A stretch of DNA of 63,889 bases, filler included, from Reticulomyxa filosa (taxonomy: Eukaryota; Protista; Foraminifera): the NCBI GenBank assembly GCA_000512085.1. It is 16 parts of 16 records of this genome, joined end to end, with 100 filler letters (N's around TTAATTAATTAA, not from the genome) between each part and the next. Parts side by side here need not be neighbours in the genome. Positions count along the whole stretch, not along the records: positions 11,552 to 23,929 come from ASPP01007052.1; 15 more parts are not named here. The stretch is one strand, 5' to 3'. A program made the position numbers and the translations under genes. Positions 12,300 to 24,029 of this stretch are shown piece after piece. The notes beneath the pieces were generated by a model. It had not been told where the DNA came from and ran no database searches. It saw nothing but the letters and a program-made list of their open reading frames with translations. How positions within the stretch are numbered: the stretch's first letter is position 1; every line of letters starts with the position of its first letter.

Positions 12300-12800
12300 A
12301 ACAATCTTTTCAAATGATTATTGAGCTTAGATAACCTTCATCCAACAACCATTCAATGTGGAAATGTTTACAGACAACGTGGTATTGTGGATATCAATAT
12401 TTACAAGCGATGTCAACGAAATGGACAACCATGCAATTATTGAAGCAAAGCCTGAATGAAGTATCTATGATGTTACTTGCAACTGATTAGACTCAATATA
12501 TCGCATTCCAATTCGAAGTTATGTAATAATGTGAAATATTTTGTATTATTCCTTGATTCAAACATGACTTATTCCAAGTATGTTTATGGAAAAGCAGCGA
12601 GAAAACTTGGTTATTTAACATATCTGTGTCGTACAAAGGTGTTCGATCAAGTTTATCTACGTAAATTTATTATACAAGGTTATCATTGTCCAAGTCTTGA
12701 GTGTATCAGATGGTCAGGTTAATAATATTGTGTTGACATACAATATTTGGAATGAGCCAAGACAAAAAACACATTTGAATTGGTAAATTGTCGACATTAT
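12300..12800 (+). mobile_element. Degenerate non-LTR (LINE) reverse transcriptase remnant
   Basis: attcaatgtggaaatgtttacagacaacgtgg (12351) is a decayed copy of the IQCGMFADDV segment in contig 10. It is followed by VKYFVLFLDSNMTY...YGKAARKLGYLTYLC (the RT 'KYLG' region). Stops and frameshifts are present. Confidence 0.7.
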
Positions 12801-14933
12801 CAGTTTATGTGTTCGCACAGTTGCCGATAATCGAACCAGATTAACATGTAATTCCAAATATTCCGCCAATACAAATTACAATAATGCCACAATCCAATAA
12901 GTCACTTTTGCAATCTTCAAGGAATTAACTTCAGATCAGATTTCGTTATCGTTGGAAAGTGATTGCATTGTGATGGAAGTGATGTCAAAAATCTGCTATT
13001 TGAAGCGCATGATTCGTAATTCAAGATCCAAGTTTACCAATCACTGGCATTACCTAGATAAAAATTTGAACAACTTCCAAGTTTATCCAAGACAAATCTC
13101 AATTTAAATTGAAATAATTTTATCATTTTTCTTTTAATTGTTTTTGTATGGACCATTTTGGTTGTAAGGTTTTGGTGTTTTTCTTGTGTTTTCTTGAGTA
13201 CCGTGTTCTATTTCTTAGAACGAGAATGCTCTTTTAACTTAAAAGATCTTAGCTTGTTCATGTATAGAGGTCAAAAAGCAGTACAAATTGATGATGAAGC
13301 AATAGAGTAATCAATATCTGACACGCCCCACTGCAAGACCAAAATGTGCTGCAGAAGCATTATGGCGCTGTCTTGCCTTATATTAGGGCCTGGACAAAGA
13401 TGAAAAATTGAATATGTTAATTCTGGTATATACAAAGAAGTACTAAAATAAAGTATTATATGATGATGTCTAGAAGATGGATATTCAGCAAGATAATGCA
13501 ACATGAGAAAAAGACTTGTGGTAGGTAATAAAGACAAGAATATATAAAAAAAGACTATTTAAATCGACAGAAGGACTTGGAAACAATTTGAAATACCCAT
13601 TAGCTTTTGGCTGGATGAAATAAAAATAAATAGTGTTGGACGTTGACAATCGTGTAAAATGTGTGATTATTTGCTTACAATGGATGACATCATTGTGTGA
13701 GTACACTTTTGTTATTATCAATTTTTTTTTTTTCTTCAAAAGGCATCCACACAACGGTTATCCATTGTATCAAATCATCACAATCTTACATAATTACGTA
13801 ATCTTTCCCTCTTGGATAAAATCAATTATTTTCGATTGTGCTATAATATCCTCAATAATTTGTTATCTATTTTATTTCTTTTTGTGTCAATTTTCAAACA
13901 AATCGATTATTAGCAATGTAGGAATAATTATTTGCTTGCAATGTGATGTACACTTTAAGTCCCTGTGTGCGCACATAAGGCGTATATGTAGACAAATCTG
14001 TGACTTACCAAATTTTTCACAGTTTTGATACATTTGCGGCTGTATTTTTTTTGAGAGTATTTTTCCAATAATTCTAGCACTTGAAACGATATTTTCATCG
14101 TTGGCAATCAACTGTATTAACATTATATTGTTTGTGGTGAATTTATTAAACCTATATTTGAGTTCAGAGTATTATCGTGCGATTTTAGTTTACACAATTG
14201 CTATCCTTCAATTACAGACATGTACATTTAAGTATGTCAAATTACAATATTAACTTGCATTCAATAAAATGTTAACATATGCATGTGTGAAATTGTTTTT
14301 ATCCAGATTATTATATCAATAGGTTGTATATTGTATTCGAGGCGTTTATTATGATGTTGCCACATTTTGTTATCAAATTTACATTGAGTTATGTCACATA
14401 TATTGTATGTGATTTGGTTGCATTTATTCGTTTGATATTCAATACAAATACTCACTGTTTGATGCAAATAGCATATTTTTGTGCATGGTATCTATTCATC
14501 CAAACAATTCAATCCATTTTTGGACATTTAAGTTATTCCAGACATTGTCATTCATCAATATCAGCTTCCAAACTTTTTCTACATATTGCATTTACATTTT
14601 CAACATATTTAATTCCATTTAAAGTTTTGGTAAGATGTTTGTACAAAAAAATTAATGATGCTTTCAATTTTTGCCAGTAAATCATAAATGAATATACTAT
14701 AAATTTATAGATTTTAAATATCAAAGTTATTTTTTATTTCAAAAAGTGAATACAATATATTAGAAAAATACCAAATACGACTACCAATCAAACTGAATTT
14801 TTCATTAAAATATGTTCCTGTTTCAAAGGAAGCTTCAAAAGAAAATTCTATCCAAAAAAAAAAAACTCTTTGAATTTTATGGAAACAATAGGACAATTAA
14901 ATGTGAAGGGGCTCGAGCTGTTGTATAAAGCGA

Positions 14934-15240
14934 ATGATTGACCGAATGAAAGACTACTACGAGAAACTAACAGAAAAAATACAGAATTTTGTGAGACGAA
15001 AAAGAAAGAGAATCTACATTGACACACGACCAAAGCCGACGACGACTGAAAGACAACATAACGGCTTGGAACAAATGCTACAAAAAACTCGCGACCAATT
15101 CGCATTTGCATTTGTGAAAGGCCTTTTGATCGAGTGTGTGGAAAAGGGGCACTGGCTGCTCTTGGACGAAATCAACTTGGCCAACAGCGAGTCGCTGGGA
15201 CGCATCTGCGGCATTTTGGATAGAGGAGGTAGTACCGACG
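14934..15240 (+). pseudogene. Midasin (MDN1/Rea1)-like AAA+ domain fragment
   Basis: FAFAFVKGLLIECVEKGHWLLLDEINLANSESLGRICGILD matches a midasin Walker B region; only a ~100-aa piece of a ~5000-aa protein. Confidence 0.75.
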
Positions 15241-15469
15241 ATCGACTTGGAAATGATTGTCAGATACTTTATCTTGCGCAAGATCAATTCGCAAGAGACA
15301 AGCATCTACAGTCGGATTGTCTCCTTTTACTTGTATGTCCATGAGCATACCGATATGGACGAGTATATCGGATGATATGTCATCGACCCATTGAGCGGCA
15401 AATTAATCTTTGAAGAAGTTTTTATATACAAATATGTGTCAATATATCTTTTTAAAAAAAAAAAAGGAT

Positions 15470-15720
15470 ATTGATCAAAGCCATGCGAAATGGCTGATCA
15501 TAACAGTTGCAACAAGATTTGCAGCAACATCTGAAAAGTGCAGAAGAATGGTCAGTAAGGATTCACTTGATATTTTTGAACGAAATCAATACAAATCCTG
15601 ACGTTGTTACGTTGAAAGAAGTATTTTGTGATCATATGTGCATTGAACCCTTTCCGAAATTGCAGAGAACAATGAAAAGAGTCCCAATGTCAACAAATAT
15701 TACATTGACGACTTAGATAA
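15470..15720 (+). pseudogene. RNF213/mysterin-like AAA+ fragment
   Basis: IHLIFLNEINTNPDVVTLKEVFCDH resembles the RNF213-type (L.FFDE.NT....FKE..CD) Walker B with D changed to N; isolated fragment. Confidence 0.5.
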
Positions 15721-16055
15721 AGAAATGTGAGATATGTGTGAAACTTTGACCCATTGTCCGAGTTCGACGAGCAACAATACATTACCTCATTACCACCAAT
15801 TCATAGTCGAAAAAATCCGACTTTTGGACAAACTGCTATGGTTTAAATGAACTGAAGATGAGTAAGGAGTATAATATGTGGTATATGCTTTTTACCAGCC
15901 TGGAGAGTGAAGGATATGCGCCAAGATAAAACTGGGTTGTTATAATTATCCGAGTCACTAACGACAAACTGCGAATCTACATTTTTCAAAACCCCCAAAT
16001 CAATTCAAGCAAGCCTAATATTTGTACTGCAATATTTTTGTTTGATACGAGCATA

Positions 16056-16960
16056 TTAAATATATATAGTGTGTAATGTGTTAACAGCATCGGTCGGCTT
16101 GTGTGGCGATAAGTTATGATGTTTATATCTCACAAATTGTTGTGTAATTTCCTTCAAAGCTTCTTTGGAAAGTTCAACGAAGCTTGTGTCTGTGAATCCA
16201 ATGATATTGCCATTGGCGTCCTTAAGCAACTTCGAGTAATCACGTAATAATACAAATTGGACAATGTCACGTTTGGCGGCTTCACATTGTGAATTCTTCA
16301 ACAATCTGCTGTCAGCATATAATGCTTTCATTTGAGTAAAATCGGTCAGTCCAACTCAAGCGATAATGATCGACAATGTCAATCACTTATTTGCCGACAA
16401 TCCAATTCCTTCAAGTTAAAAAAAAAAGAAAGTTTACATATGATGTTTATAACTGCTTTTTTTTAAACAAATGCAACTAAAAAAAATCCTTTGTTTCTTT
16501 GAAATAATTGATAGCCTCTGGCATCTTCGCATCCTACAATTAAAAAAAAAAGGGATGTCAATGATAGTCCAAACATGATTTTTTTTTTTTTCCACTTAAC
16601 AAATCCACACACAGTAAAGTGTTGATCGGAGTCATATCAAGACATAATATTGCCAATGTACGAATGGTTTGCTGGTATTGCGAGCACTGAGGAGACAAAT
16701 AGTGCAAATTTTGAGGGTGCAAAGGATGACCATTGGATCCTGTGAAGTCAATGGCGACAATCAACGACATGTTCACACTACATGCCAAAAGGTTCAAAAA
16801 CGAATGAGACAATGCGACTTGAACTAAGTGAATTTCAAAACGATAATCTTCTTGCCTTTTTTGGATTATCCAACTCACCTTTGAAGTCATTGTGCAATAA
16901 GTTTAAGTTCGTTTTCACTTCGCTGATCAACTTTTGCTTGTCGTTACTGTACCAGTCACA
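16056..16960 (-). pseudogene. Copine (vWA domain) pseudogene
   Basis: MSLIVAIDFTGSNGHP...LHYL and IIIA*VGLTDFTQMKALYAD...AAKRDIVQFV...LKEITQQF are copine hallmarks; in-frame stop, frameshifts and deletions. Confidence 0.85.
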
Positions 16961-17317
16961 TAATCTTTCTTTTTTGAAACACACACGCACAAACGCTTCA
17001 TCAATAATATTAGATTATCAGTGTGTTAATGAGATTATTAAAAAGACAGTTCGAATTTATTCTTCTAACTGATTTTGGCTTTGGCTGTCCACAAGGTAAA
17101 TTTCCAAAAATTAGTCAATATTTAAATTGTTTTTTAAAAAAATTACGTATACTTTCTATATGTATATGTACATATTTAAAAAAAGACTGTTGTACTGCGT
17201 GCTGTCAATCTCTGTTCAATCAGCGCGCGTGTTAGTCGTAAAAGTACTGTTCTTTGGAATTGTAATACTTGTACAACTCATTGAAGCAATGTTAATCGGC
17301 GTTGTGTTTGCTTGCGC

Positions 17318-17830
17318 TTACATTGGAAAAACAATCACCATCATCGACCCTGTCTGCAGTGATACACACTGAGCGCTCTGTGTACGAGTCCATAATATTT
17401 TCAAGTGCTGATGAGCTTTCAGCCACGAGTCATCGGCCATCTTCTTTGTCAACTTTTTGTGTGAATAAACTCGCACTTCTTCTTTCAGCTTGTGACTCTT
17501 CACGCATTGCAAGGTCATTTGCATCACTACGCCAAAGCTACCCAGTCCCATGCGGACAAACGGAAACAGGTCCGAGCTGTCGTCGTCTTGTTCGCATGAC
17601 ACCTCTGCGCATTGCAAGGATGGATTATTTGCAATCAATGTCGCAAGAGCATATGTCCATTCTCGCTCTGTGTGCGCTCACTTGAGTCAAACCGCTCATT
17701 TGCTGTATCACTATCGATTGAGTGTTTTCAAACATCATTCTGTACGGACGTATTGACTTCATCATCTGCTTCACCGTACAACCACTTTGCACTGTCACTT
17801 GTAGATTCTTCGCATTGATACATAACACGA
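17318..17830 (-). pseudogene. FAD-linked aldonolactone oxidoreductase (L-galactonolactone dehydrogenase/GULO family) fragment
   Basis: VTVQSGCTVKQM...ENTQSIVIQQMSGLTQVSAH and LFPFVRMGLGSFGVVMQMTLQCV, spread over two frames. Confidence 0.7.
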
Positions 17831-20800
17831 GATTCATTTTATGTAAATTTATCATTTTTTTTTGTTTTGGAAAAAGGATAACAAAAAAAAAATAAAAATA
17901 GTATACGTTATTTTGAAACTTTTTTCTCCAAAGATTCAAAAAATTTGAATATTCTTTTGTTTCCAAAATGTCTTTCTTTCATTTCCCTTTTTTCTCTACC
18001 TTTTTTTTTTTTTTGTAAAAAAAATGGATACATTCATTAGACAAACCGATCCCGTTTGTAGACAACCCACTTCCGACAATCCTTATTTTCAGTTATTGAT
18101 ATAGATACACGTTGTATCCAATCACCGTCGCACTAAAAGCAAGAAAAGTACAAAGAAAGCCCGAACGAGCGCCTTCATTCACTATTACTGTGCTGTTGAA
18201 GTTCCTTCTTTCTGTTGTATAGCAAGCATGCTTCCCGGAAACAGTGAAAATGCGTTTCAATTTTTGCATCAATAATATTTTTTTCTTTTTTATTTATAAA
18301 AAAATTTATTAAAAAACCCCGTCCGTAGTCATTTTAAGCTTATTTCTTCCTTGCTGTCATCTCAGCCTCATGAATCTGCTAATCAAAAAACAAATATATT
18401 TTGATTTAAGAAAGTTTACATTATTTAAGTTTTTTTGTACAAAGCAATAGTTTGGAAAATTTGTTTTCATGAAAAAAAAGATTTGTTTTTTGATAGAACT
18501 AATAGTTTATTATTTACTTGAGGATACAGACTTTTAAATACAAAAAAGAGTCTTAGACAAAGAGCTACGAAAAAGTTTGTGTTCAATCTTTTTTTGTGGT
18601 TTTTAATTGCCTCCCTCTGTTGATCATAAAAAATAAACAGAAAAATATAAGTCTTGGTTAAACGGGCCGAAACAAAAATAGACAAGCAGATCATAGCAAG
18701 TACTGCCCAAATTCAGCATTCACATGATTGCAGGCAAAAAAAACGAAACAATACGTTGATGCAATGAATCACAGGAAAACTCTATCCAAGCTTTTCATTA
18801 TTTCCAGATGACCCAAAGAAAAGCACATGTTTGGCTTTACATGGCTCACCAAAAAGAACATTTGTAGTTTAGCACTAATACGGACGACACGTTGAGAGTA
18901 AAGAACTTATTTGAGGAATATGTTTAGTGTACGTTTGGACGTTTTGGGGGAGGTGAGCTAGGCATATGTAAATGAAAGAAATAGTGTGATGATATGATGA
19001 TAGATTGAAGTGCTGAACACAATCGAATTGGAAGAAAAAATAAGTTGAAGTACATTTAAAATGTGTATTGCGAGAAAAAGAAGTTAGATAGTTGTTATTT
19101 CAATAAGAGCAATTGCGTGGTACTTGCAAAGTCGAATAAAATATTGGCGTGTCCGGTGAAGGATATAATTGATAAAATATCACGAAAAGCTGAATGGGAC
19201 AGTCAAGGACGACATAAACATTCAAAGTCGTCGTCGAATCACATCGGAATGGGAACACACAAACACAAAATATGCAAGCTACTACAAAAATATGAACACA
19301 AGCAAACGCGCATGAAAAATAACAGATTAAAACGATTGAAATCAAAGAGATATCATCCTTTTAGTTGATTGCAATCATCGACTCGTTCCAGCATTTGCAC
19401 GTATTGAAGTTGAAAGCAGATTGGTCCAATCACTAATATCCTTCCAATGATGTCCAAGTCCCCAATCGGAACATTGAGGCAACGAAAGTTCTTATTTGGG
19501 GAAAACAATATTCTATGTTCATGTCAAGGAGACATGAAATTCAAAAAGTGAGTCCATATGACACTATGATGGTGTTGACAATGATGACAATAATAATAAT
19601 AATGATAACAAAACCAAAATAAAAGGAAAAGAAACATGGTATTTACATTACAGCAAAAAGGTGCAATTCATATTTGGAATGAAGTGTTTTCAAACGAAGA
19701 CGTGTTTATAAAACCAAAATAATAACAATAATGATAATAATAATATAGTCACTTTGGAAAAAAAACATATACATTATTTTTGTTTTCGTTACATCGAAGT
19801 ATTAGAAAAGACCAGATACTTATGGACTCATTGTTGATGATGCTAGACAAATTGGGGGACGTCGGCGTGCACTATCTGTCGAACTTAGTGTTGTTGAACA
19901 GCAACAAGTCGGCGATGATCGAGTTTGTGTAAATTGAGCACTGAATAATGAATCGTCACGGTGAATTCGCGGGGCTTGGATTTTTTCATTAACTCCAAAG
20001 CCAGAGTGTGTCTCACAAAGACTACCAATAGCTACTTGTTCTCATCAATATTGTCTCAGGTGTTTATCGAGTGGTACAAGTTCTTCAACTGTGGAGTACT
20101 GGCCAATTTCACTACTGATATGAACACACAGCACATTGCCTGCAATTGAATGTTGGATAGTGTGTGCCAAACGATTCTATCGTAGCGCTTCAAAGACACT
20201 CGTTCTTGCAATTCCATGTGTTTGCAGCACAGTATTATAGTGGCTGTTTGACCATACTCGAGTATGGACGAATATTGAATTCGCACACATGTAATAATTC
20301 CAATCAACTTATGTATTCACTCTTTTCTTTTTTTTTTTATATTCCTATTCGTTTCCTTTGCATCTTCACCAATGCCAACCACATAAGCAACTCCATCATC
20401 ATCGCGCATGCTCCATTATCTTGCACATATACCAGTCCGGTTACAGCTCTGGTAATCGTCTCTTTCGTCGTTGGGGCAGACAAACATATTTACTGCATGT
20501 CTATCACTTTGTATGATTAGATAAAGCAATACTATAAAGATAAAAACAAACAATGTAATATGGTAATTGTTGTTTAAGAAAGCTGTTGGTTTGGATTGCA
20601 CTGGATATTAACTCAATGTTGAAACAAGGCTTGGAAAAGATTGAAAACAACCACTATATGTCGAAGCAGCTGCATTGGATGAAGCAACAGTACAATGGGT
20701 CTGATCTTTAGTAAGCCAAGGTCTCCGGACGAAGGCGAAGCCGATGTAAAAAGTCAATCGCGTAAACATACATTCTTATCTCATTGGAAAAGCTATTATT

Positions 20801-23800
20801 AACACCAACAACGCTGCATCGTGTGAGTAGCACCAAGGGGACGCGCTGCTATATCGATCATTATACACAGCAACAATAATAATTGATGTCGTTTCCGAAA
20901 GACTAATTCTCTACATTCATAAAAACAAAAATGGATATATTATTAAATGAAAAAGAAATATAAGAAAAAAGTGATTGCAATCAATGAGATTTCATACATA
21001 GTGTATTTTTGATTATGATGTAATGGAATGTAAATGATATTCAAAGAAATACAAAAAATACAATCAAAAAATCAAATAAGAATATTTTCAAGTATTTGTG
21101 ATATATATGAAAAAAATTAATAAAAATGAAACAATTGACATTTAAAGATATTGTTCGTCATAGCTAATTTTGTTTGAAATTAAAAGACTTGGAAAAGATT
21201 ATAAATAAAAATTTAAAGCTTGAATTAGTTAATATACAAAATAATATTATTGATTCGGATGAATCTATAATAAAAAAATTTAGAAATAAAACACTAAATT
21301 CAAAATAATTTGGATTCTAATACAGTAATTAATACTTTATAAACAAAAAACAATAAAAAATACATTGTTGATCATATTGCAATCATTAAATGTGATTATA
21401 CCAAATGTGATAATCTTTCAAAGATGAAAAAAATTTAGTTGTAAACTTTAGCAATTATTTGAACAATAATTGAAATATAAATTTATATTTAACCAATCAC
21501 CAAGTATGACTATGAAATTATCCAAAGATTTTTATTTGATGTAATCATATACAACGAACTCCATACAAATAAATACAACTATGATAGTTTGATTGTATAA
21601 ATTACACTATTTAATTGTAATGAAATTAGTTCCTTCAAACAGCTGACGACCAATCTGTCCTATCGCTATGACAATCCACAACTGTTTAGATACATGAAAA
21701 ATGAAACATTGATATTGGATAGTCTGTGCTTCGGAGTATAGTCTACTAATTTCGACAGCGTTGCTCGGGTAGCTGCTGCTTTTACTATCTTCGCAATAAT
21801 CCTTTTCGCTTTGCTAATCTCTTGTCATCTGCCTTTCGAATCAGTGACAAAACTTTTTCTATCTCTTCTAACTGTTTTTCTTATTGTCATTACTGACAGA
21901 ATTGTTTGATATTTTAATATTCATCTTCCACTATCAAGTGATAATAAAGAATAGATTTTGTAAAAACTTTAATTAAAAGCCCTTTTAGCAAAAGAAAAGT
22001 TTGTATCTTATTTTTTGCAATATTCCAAATTTCTGCAAGTAAAATTTGTTTCCAAAATTATCATTAAAGTATCAGTAAAACATAGTGTCCACATTATCTC
22101 TATCATCATTTTTATTACTGTAAAAAACAATATTATTTTCATTACAACAGTAGTTAATAATAAAAATTTTAGTTAAATCTTCAAGTAATCTTGCATTTCT
22201 TCAGCACTTGGATCAACAATAAAATGAAATTAGAGAAGTTTTCTATCAACATGTTACGCTTTGTGCCTTCGCATTCCTCCCAAATTAAACCCTTTTTCCT
22301 TGACTTTGCAACTAGGATAATCTATTCTTGGTCTTTGGAAAGTAACAAAACAATAAGATAGAGGAAAAGGATATTGACAAGAGATACTTTTTTTTTGGTT
22401 GATTTGAAGAAGTGATAGTTGTCAACCAATCAAACAAAACACATCACTTTTAATATATCTATTTATAAACTTGGATTAAGATTTTCCAATTGGCGAGCTG
22501 GTTTCAGTATTGATGCTCATTTCCAGTTGGATACTTTTTTGTTATTGATAGAGGCTGGAAAGGTTATCCTGAATGGCCTTGTTGCTTTGCACTGTTCGAG
22601 AAAATACATTTGTTCTTTTGGAAAAAGATGTTGTGACCACATTGGCAGGAATGGGATTATGGTTATTTGCTTTGGAATGAAAAACACATTTTTGGACATT
22701 TGTTTTATGTTGATTGTGTCTTCATCTTGAGATTCCAAAGTGATAGTTTCGCTAATGTCAGTTAGCGTAATGGTGTCAATGGTCAAAGATGACTCACTTA
22801 TTGTGTCGTCCGACTCATGTCTGAAATGTCCCCCTACCGATTCATGTTTCAAATCTAACGACCTTTTATGTCTTTAAAGTCAAATCTATCTATATCTTGA
22901 GCAGTCGTCGTCGTTACTGAATTGGACAAAGTGACTGTTGACTATTTGTTGCACCGATAAAAGTAAAAGAAGTCCACATCACGAAACCGCTTCTGTGAGT
23001 ATAAAATCATACTGTATTTTTTTTTTGACATTATTGTTTCTGTTCCAATCATCTCAAGTAATTGGCGACTATGTCCACATGTGATTTATTACGACAATAA
23101 TGTTGATCTAAGAGCATCGTCATGCGACCATCATTCTTGTCTAACACATCACAGCAGAAGATCGATGCTGATTGATGCTGTTATTGTTATTTCATTCCAT
23201 CTGAGTCGTTATATATATATTTATATATATAAATATTTTTTATTTTATTCATCATATATTATATTCTTTCCACACTTTTATCTTGTTCTTGTTCTTGTCA
23301 ATCTCACGGCAGATAAAAAGTCACGATGATGACAATCCACAAACTCGAGACACTTTGTGCGATAACCGAAGTAAAGCAAACTTAGTTGAATGTGCAATGG
23401 CACATCGAGAATGAAAAAGCCGATATCGTTGCCCGCGATAGCGTAGTACTGGTTTCCAAACACGCTTGCGTAGCCCACCATTTCTCGGTCGCAATCTATC
23501 TGCGCGTATATCAGTCGGCAATTGAGGATTGACGCAAACACTTGTCTGATGTCAAAGTACAAGTTGTTGGGCGCAAACAATTGCTGTTGTTCATAAACAC
23601 ACTTCCGCAGACCGACTCGTTGCACTTTAGTCGCTCGTTCAGCTCGCATAATGCGCCCATTTGCTCCGATACTTTTGGCGGATCTCTTCGTTGTAGTTCC
23701 AAGGCTGCCACTTCAAAGAAATGTGTATGCCATTTTATTTATGAAAAAGGAAGCAAAGAAAAAGATAATGACATGTGTTTTTAATATTTGGATACGTATA

Positions 23801-24029
23801 GTATAATCGAAGTATGTTTGTGGCATAACTGGAGATTTGTCGGATGCTGCGGATAATTGACAGGATTGATCGTCATGTCAACAATTTGCAATGTAATGCG
23901 GCTAACAAGATTTGGACAATGAAATTCTANNNNNNNNNNNNNNNNNNNNNNNNNNNNNNNNNNNNNNNNNNNNTTAATTAATTAANNNNNNNNNNNNNNN
24001 NNNNNNNNNNNNNNNNNNNNNNNNNNNNN

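Noticed and set aside
18000-23929. Short ORFs in the second half of contig 2
   Set aside because: Probably further decayed fragments, but no family could be assigned with support.
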